DNA of 64,000 nt from Legionellales bacterium. Lineage in GTDB: Bacteria > Pseudomonadota > Gammaproteobacteria > JAGOUN01. Positions 59,076 through 64,000 of this stretch are shown here, piece after piece (position 1 is the stretch's first letter; each line of letters opens with the position of its first letter). Both the position numbers and the translations under genes were made by a program. The stretch lies in the NCBI GenBank assembly GCA_027486005.1, contig JAIXPZ010000060.1:3088-67087 (forward strand), given 5' to 3'. The notes beneath the pieces are model-generated. The model saw only the letters and a program-made list of their open reading frames with translations, ran no database searches and was not told where the DNA came from.

Positions 59076-60178
59076 CGTAGCTCCAACACGACAGCAAGGC
59101 TTTCGGCGATACGCTTCACATCTGCTTGTGTTAAATCTTGATGCGTCGGCAAATTAATCCCTCGTTGCGCCCAAAGATCTGCTGCTGGATATAAATTTTC
59201 TTCTTTGTAAGGTGGCAGCACATGCATAGGATAAAAAACAGGGCGTGTTTCAATACCCATTTCATCAAGGCGTCGCATCACTTCATTGCGGCTATGTTCA
59301 TCACCATCACGCAAAAAGATGTTGTACATCCAAAAAACTTGTTTTGCCCAAGGCGCTTCGACAGGAAGAATAATTTTATGCTGTAAATCTGCCAATGCTT
59401 CATTATACCACTGAGCCAAAGTTTCTCGCTCAGATAATGCCTGCTCAATTCCTTCCATTTGCGCTAAACCAATGGCTGCCTGAATATTTGTCATACGATA
59501 ATTATAACCAATAACCGGAAACCAATAACGACGCTGCGGATCCATTCCTTGACCACGATACAAACGTAATTTTTCTGCTAAATTCCCGTCGTTAGTAGTC
59601 ACCATACCACCTTCGCCGGTGGTAATAATTTTATTGCCAAAAAAACTAAACGTAGCACAAGCCCCTAGTCCGCCCACTTTTTTACCTTGCACTTGTGCGC
59701 CGTGCGCTTCCGCTGCATCTTCCACTACCCACAGTCCATGTTTTTGTGCAACTTGATTGACAGCACTCATATCAGCTGGATGTCCATATAAATGGACCGC
59801 AATGATTCCTCGCGTTTTTGCAGTAATCTTTTTTTCAATTTCATTAGGATCAATATTCATTGTATCCGTACAGACATCTACTAACACTGGCGTCGCACCA
59901 CAATAACGAACAGCATTTGCTGTCGCAATATAAGTTACCGTTGGAACAATCACCTCATCGCCTGGCTGCAAATCAAGCGCCACCAAAGCAAGATGCAAAG
60001 CTGTCGTACCATTATTCGTCGCAACTGCATATTTCACATCGCAAAATTTTGCAAAAGCTTCTTCGAATGCACTAATGTATTTCCCATTGGAAGAAATCCA
60101 ATTTGTATCTAAACAGTCCAGAACATATTTGCGTTCATTTCCAATCATTTTAGGTTGTGCAACCATAATTCGTTTCAT
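59072..60178 (-). CDS. DegT/DnrJ/EryC1-family PLP-dependent sugar aminotransferase, GDP-perosamine-synthase-like
   Basis: 368 aa. Its motifs (GNERKY..DCLDTNWISSNGKYI, GDEVIVPTVTYIA, FSFFGNKIITTGEGGMV with the PLP lysine, YNYRMTN) closely follow Per/RfbE-type GDP-4-keto-6-deoxymannose 4-aminotransferases. A Gmd gene lies in the same cluster. Confidence 0.8.
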   Translation of the reverse strand: MKRIMVAQPKMIGNERKYVLDCLDTNWISSNGKYISAFEEAFAKFCDVKYAVATNNGTTALHLALVALDLQPGDEVIVPTVTYIATANAVRYCGATPVLVDVCTDTMNIDPNEIEKKITAKTRGIIAVHLYGHPADMSAVNQVAQKHGLWVVEDAAEAHGAQVQGKKVGGLGACATFSFFGNKIITTGEGGMVTTNDGNLAEKLRLYRGQGMDPQRRYWFPVIGYNYRMTNIQAAIGLAQMEGIEQALSERETLAQWYNEALADLQHKIILPVEAPWAKQVFWMYNIFLRDGDEHSRNEVMRRLDEMGIETRPVFYPMHVLPPYKEENLYPAADLWAQRGINLPTHQDLTQADVKRIAESLAVVLELR

Positions 60179-60197
60179 AACTAACCTTTAAAAAAAT

Positions 60198-61265
60198 CTA
60201 CTTCGATTTTGCTGGCACTCCCTTCACCAAAGCGCCTGCATTGAGATTGCTAACAACCACGCCACCTGCTCCAACATTCACGTTTTCAGCAATAGTTATT
60301 TTTGGAATGACTTTAGAACCAATGCCAAGAAAACTATAATCACCCACCACAACATTTCCTGCTAAAGCACATTGAGGAGCAAGATGTACTGCTTGGCCAA
60401 TGCTGCAATCATGATCTATTGTTGCACCAGTATTAATAATAGCAAAATCGCCAATGCATACTTCTGCATTAATAACTGCACCTGCCATTATTGCAATTCC
60501 AACACCAAGCTTTGCCGTCGGTGAAATGACTGCATAAGGGCTAATGGCATTCACTAGCTTATATCCCAATGACAGTCCTAAGGTCGCCAAACGATCTCGT
60601 AATTGATTTGAACCAATTGCCACAAATAATTTTGAATAACCTTGTGCACGTAATTTAGCGAGATTGTCATCGCCTTGCAACACTGGAACATCAAGACACT
60701 CCTCAATATTATCTATTGCACCAACACTAAAGGCGACACGCTCTCCCATTGCACGCAACAACTCAACGCAAACTTTTGCATGTCCACCAGCCCCAACGAT
60801 AATAACTTCAGCTTTCATCGATGAATCGCAATCTTCTTTAGAGTCACAAGGAGTAACAGCCTTATATGCAGCAGCATGGCAATTTTGCTCCAATAGCTTA
60901 AGACGCGCATTCAACATTTGCATCAATGCTTCCTGCTGTTTAGTAATAACTTCCATTAATGCAGGAAGTGTTTCTTGTTGTAAATCTTGTAAAAAATAGC
61001 GTTTCGCTCTAAATGCAATCGGCCTTAACACAGGCTTAACAAATCGATAACCATATCTCGCTATCTTCTTAAATAGTCTTTTCCCCCAAGCACTATTAAT
61101 TGCTTCACTGCTATTATCAGTTGCAGGAAACAGTTGCTCATTAGCGCTTCGCCTTAAAGAACTATCCACTAAGTGCTTTAGTCGAGAAGAAAACGCAACT
61201 CGTACATCAACACTTTTTCTAAGTTTCTTATTCATCATCTTCTTATCCAAAATATATTGCCGCAA
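60198..61265 (-). CDS. Left-handed beta-helix sugar N-acetyltransferase (NeuD/PglD/PerB-like) with a ~150-aa N-terminal extension
   Basis: The C-terminal ~200 aa carry the Rossmann-like IIVGAGGHAKV motif plus hexapeptide repeats. The N-terminal 150 aa have predicted coiled-coil character and no recognisable domain. Confidence 0.7.
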   Translation of the reverse strand: MRQYILDKKMMNKKLRKSVDVRVAFSSRLKHLVDSSLRRSANEQLFPATDNSSEAINSAWGKRLFKKIARYGYRFVKPVLRPIAFRAKRYFLQDLQQETLPALMEVITKQQEALMQMLNARLKLLEQNCHAAAYKAVTPCDSKEDCDSSMKAEVIIVGAGGHAKVCVELLRAMGERVAFSVGAIDNIEECLDVPVLQGDDNLAKLRAQGYSKLFVAIGSNQLRDRLATLGLSLGYKLVNAISPYAVISPTAKLGVGIAIMAGAVINAEVCIGDFAIINTGATIDHDCSIGQAVHLAPQCALAGNVVVGDYSFLGIGSKVIPKITIAENVNVGAGGVVVSNLNAGALVKGVPAKSK

Positions 61266-61290
61266 TACTTTAACGCAGGGAAATATGCTG

Positions 61291-62136
61291 TCAATTTAGC
61301 ATCCAGCGCAATGTATCTTCTAAACTAAAATTCGTATTTTTTTGGCCAACAATTTTATGAAAATGATCGATATTGCTTTTAAGTATCCGCACCTCATTCG
61401 CTCGAACAAACTGAGGATTAACGCGTATTTCTATTTTATGTTGCGTAATTGTTTCACATAAAGCAATCACTTCGCGCAAAGAATAAGCTTGCCCGGTTCC
61501 AATATTCAACGTTTCTCCACAAGGAACGAGCTCTAACAATTGACGATAGATATCTGCCACTGAACGCACATCACCAAATTCTCGCCAAACATCAAGATTA
61601 CCCAGTTCAATCTGCGTTTTCTGTTGGCGAAAATGCGCGACAATTTTAGGCACCAAGAAATTTTCATCTTGGCCAATACCTGTATAATTAAACGGACGTA
61701 CAATAAATAAGGGTAGCTTATCTTTATAAAGCCCAGCCATTTTCTCCATGGCCCATTTGCTCACCGCATAATCATTAGCAGGATTCAACAGCATGTCCTC
61801 GGATAGCGCACCCTCGGCTTGGTTACCATAAACATTGGCACTGCTGACTAATAAAACGCTACGCACGTTAGGCGCATGCCGTACCAATGCTTCTAACAAG
61901 TGACGAGCACCAATCAAATTCACCTGGTAAAATGCACCCGCATCGCCATGGCCAACAAAAGCAATCGCCGCAAGATGCACAACAGCATCAGGTTGCACTT
62001 GCGCTACTTCAACCGCAACTGCCGCAGAATCCATTAAATTACTTTGTAATGCTGTAACGCGATGGCCGTGCGACTCTAATGCTTCTCGCACATAACGGCC
62101 TGTAAATCCGTGTGCGCCAGTGACTAAAACGTTCAT
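61291..62136 (-). CDS. NAD-dependent epimerase/dehydratase family, GDP-4-keto-6-deoxy-D-mannose reductase (Rmd)-like
   Basis: Contains VLVTGAHGFTGRYV, a YAVSK catalytic motif and RPFNYTGIGQ, compared with RPFNHIGPGQ in Pseudomonas Rmd. It is adjacent to gmd. Confidence 0.65.
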   Translation of the reverse strand: MNVLVTGAHGFTGRYVREALESHGHRVTALQSNLMDSAAVAVEVAQVQPDAVVHLAAIAFVGHGDAGAFYQVNLIGARHLLEALVRHAPNVRSVLLVSSANVYGNQAEGALSEDMLLNPANDYAVSKWAMEKMAGLYKDKLPLFIVRPFNYTGIGQDENFLVPKIVAHFRQQKTQIELGNLDVWREFGDVRSVADIYRQLLELVPCGETLNIGTGQAYSLREVIALCETITQHKIEIRVNPQFVRANEVRILKSNIDHFHKIVGQKNTNFSLEDTLRWMLN

Positions 62137-63170
62137 TACAATGAAACACCTTGTTTATTGCGACGTAAATCAGCCGCAATCATCATTGCACATAGCTCTT
62201 CTAATGTAGTTTTAGCTTCCCAGCCTAATTTTTCTTTCGCCTTACTCGCATCGCCAATAAGAAGCTCCACTTCTGCAGGGCGATAAAATTGTGGATTAAT
62301 CTGCACTATTGTTTTACCTGTGGTTGTATCTACTGCAACTTCATTTTCAGCCTCACCTTTCCATATAATTGAGACATCAGCTGCTTCACAAGACATAGTG
62401 ACAAATTCTCGTACGGTTTGCGTGCGATTTGTCGCCAGCACATAGGTGTCTGGTTCTTGCGCTTGCAACATGAGATACATTCCTTCCACATAATCTTTTG
62501 CAAAGCCCCAATCACGTTTTGCATCTAAGTTGCCTAACTCCAACACATCTTGGATTCCAAGCTTTATTTTAGCAATACTATCCGTAATCTTACGGGTCAC
62601 GAACTCACGTCCACGCAATGGAGATTCATGGTTAAACAAAATCCCACTTGTCGTAAACATATCGTACGATTCACGATAATTAATTGTCATCCAATGCGCA
62701 TATAATTTTGCAATGCCGTAGGGGCTACGCGGATAAAACGGTGTTGTTTCATCCTGAGGAATCGCCTGCACTTTGCCAAACATTTCAGAAGTAGAAGCTT
62801 GATAGAAACGAATTTTAGGATTAACAATGCGAATCGCTTCTAAAAAATTCACGGCGCCCACGCCTGTAATTTCTGCGGTAGTAATTGGTTGATCAAACGA
62901 TACGCCTACAAAGCTCTGCGCAGCTAAATTATAAATTTCTGTGACTTCCGTTTTATGCAACAAACGAATACAACTACTTAAATCCGTTAAATCGAATTCA
63001 ACCAAATGTAAATGAGGATGAAATCGTATTCCCAATTCTTCAATACGCCAAAATTGCACTGATGCTGTACGTCTATAGGCGCCATAAACTTTGTAGCCTT
63101 TCTCTAACAACAGCTGGGCTAAATAAGCACCATCTTGGCCAGTTATTCCCGATATTAATGCGGTTTTCAT
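62136..63170 (-). CDS. gmd: GDP-mannose 4,6-dehydratase
   Basis: 344 aa with strong collinearity to E. coli Gmd ([56 protein letters not shown]). Confidence 0.92.
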   Translation of the reverse strand: MKTALISGITGQDGAYLAQLLLEKGYKVYGAYRRTASVQFWRIEELGIRFHPHLHLVEFDLTDLSSCIRLLHKTEVTEIYNLAAQSFVGVSFDQPITTAEITGVGAVNFLEAIRIVNPKIRFYQASTSEMFGKVQAIPQDETTPFYPRSPYGIAKLYAHWMTINYRESYDMFTTSGILFNHESPLRGREFVTRKITDSIAKIKLGIQDVLELGNLDAKRDWGFAKDYVEGMYLMLQAQEPDTYVLATNRTQTVREFVTMSCEAADVSIIWKGEAENEVAVDTTTGKTIVQINPQFYRPAEVELLIGDASKAKEKLGWEAKTTLEELCAMMIAADLRRNKQGVSL

Positions 63171-64000
63171 TTTTCACTCCCGTCAATATTATTTGTCAGC
63201 GCTCGCAACATATTGTTTAGCTGTCTTGCTACTGTTGGATATTTAAATTGCTCTCTTAATCGTTGAGCCGCCTTTGCAATGTCTCTTATAGCTTCGCTAT
63301 TATTTTGTATCTCTTTCATTAAAGCAAGAATTCCTGCCGCTATTTCACTCGCGGTCGTACCAGGCAAATAATGCACCGCCCCAGCCACATCATCAAAAAT
63401 AGACAAAGGAGTTACCGCGACTGGCGCATGAGAAACAATCCCATTACGCACTGCAGCACTCGAAGACTCTGACGTAAATTGATAAGGAAACACCACTAAA
63501 TCTACAGCAGAAAGATTCAACAAGGATTCTTCATCGCTAGTAAACTCAGTAGAAAGATGTATGCAATTCTTTAGGTCGTGAATATTTATATATTCCTTTA
63601 TCCTAAAAATTTCATTAACTGATGCATCCGCGGGATATTCAGCATTATACATCTTAAGTTGAACATTAATCCCCTTATCTCGAAGAACTTTAATCGCCTG
63701 AACCGTTTCAAATAAACCTTTGTGGGGCAATAAAAATCCATAAGTGGCCACAGTAAAACATGATACTGTTTTTTTAACAGGTGGATTCCAAGAAATAATG
63801 CCGTGAGGAAATAAAGCCACGTTATCAATCAATCCTACGCACTTAAGCCTATTGAGATCTGCCACAGAATGAACCAACAGTCGGCTGCATTTTTTAAATG
63901 CCTCAACTAAATAAGTCAGCTTTTTCTTAGGCGCATGCACAGGATCTTGGGTTGCATGCAGAATCACAACGACTTTTATATTATTCTCAGTCAACGCAAA
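63167..64000 (-). CDS. Glycosyltransferase (GT-B, C-terminal half); the 5' end runs off the window
   Basis: Glycos_transf_1-like motifs are present ([15 protein letters not shown]). The reading frame stays open to the window edge, and the ORF-track start at 63994 is a TTG. Confidence 0.5.
   Translation of the reverse strand, partial: FALTENNIKVVVILHATQDPVHAPKKKLTYLVEAFKKCSRLLVHSVADLNRLKCVGLIDNVALFPHGIISWNPPVKKTVSCFTVATYGFLLPHKGLFETVQAIKVLRDKGINVQLKMYNAEYPADASVNEIFRIKEYINIHDLKNCIHLSTEFTSDEESLLNLSAVDLVVFPYQFTSESSSAAVRNGIVSHAPVAVTPLSIFDDVAGAVHYLPGTTASEIAAGILALMKEIQNNSEAIRDIAKAAQRLREQFKYPTVARQLNNMLRALTNNIDGSEK

Noticed and set aside
1-64000. Search for CRISPR arrays, tRNA or rRNA genes and classical IS elements or integrases
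   Set aside because: I found no regularly spaced repeat-spacer arrays, no cloverleaf-compatible 70-90-nt conserved tRNA-like sequences in the intergenic gaps, and no DDE transposase or tyrosine/serine recombinase ORFs. The only mobility-related gene is the Rpn-family nuclease.

Overview
This ~64 kb window is an AT-rich gammaproteobacterial chromosome segment. I cannot assign the organism; the gene order resembles Pseudomonas/Legionellales-type backbones. The backbone genes include efp-epmA, engB, uvrD, lipA, parC and parE, yqiA-ubiK-speE, rsmG-parA, ruvX-ygfA with a predicted 6S RNA upstream, yggT-proC-yggS and algC-dut. Accessory content is interleaved with this backbone:
- An MSHA/type-IV-pilus-like biogenesis operon (PilM/N/O-like proteins, secretin, ExeA-like ATPase, TPR protein, GspE ATPase, platform protein) with no pilin or prepilin peptidase genes. 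Two secreted proteins of unknown function sit where the pilins would be expected.
- Three type II toxin-antitoxin pairs: HepT/MntA and two paralogous Phd-VapC modules.
- An island between parC and parE carrying VapBC, an Arch_ATPase-family ATPase and an Rpn (YhgA-like) nuclease gene. The Rpn gene is flanked by a ~70-nt decayed duplicate of the parE 3' end, which looks like the footprint of a site-specific insertion.
- A Fic-fold protein with a degenerate catalytic motif, preceded by four 10-bp direct repeats at 20-21 bp spacing.
- An NdvB-like GH17-GT2 glucan synthase.
- A GT2 + flippase-like + GT-C-like membrane glycosylation module with a degraded paralogous copy ~4.5 kb away.
- An HTH-GHKL-STAS-like fusion protein downstream of a truncated P-loop ATPase.
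- An O-antigen-type cluster (Gmd, Rmd-like, a perosamine-synthase-like aminotransferase, acetyltransferase, three GT4 glycosyltransferases).
I saw no CRISPR array, rRNA or tRNA genes.
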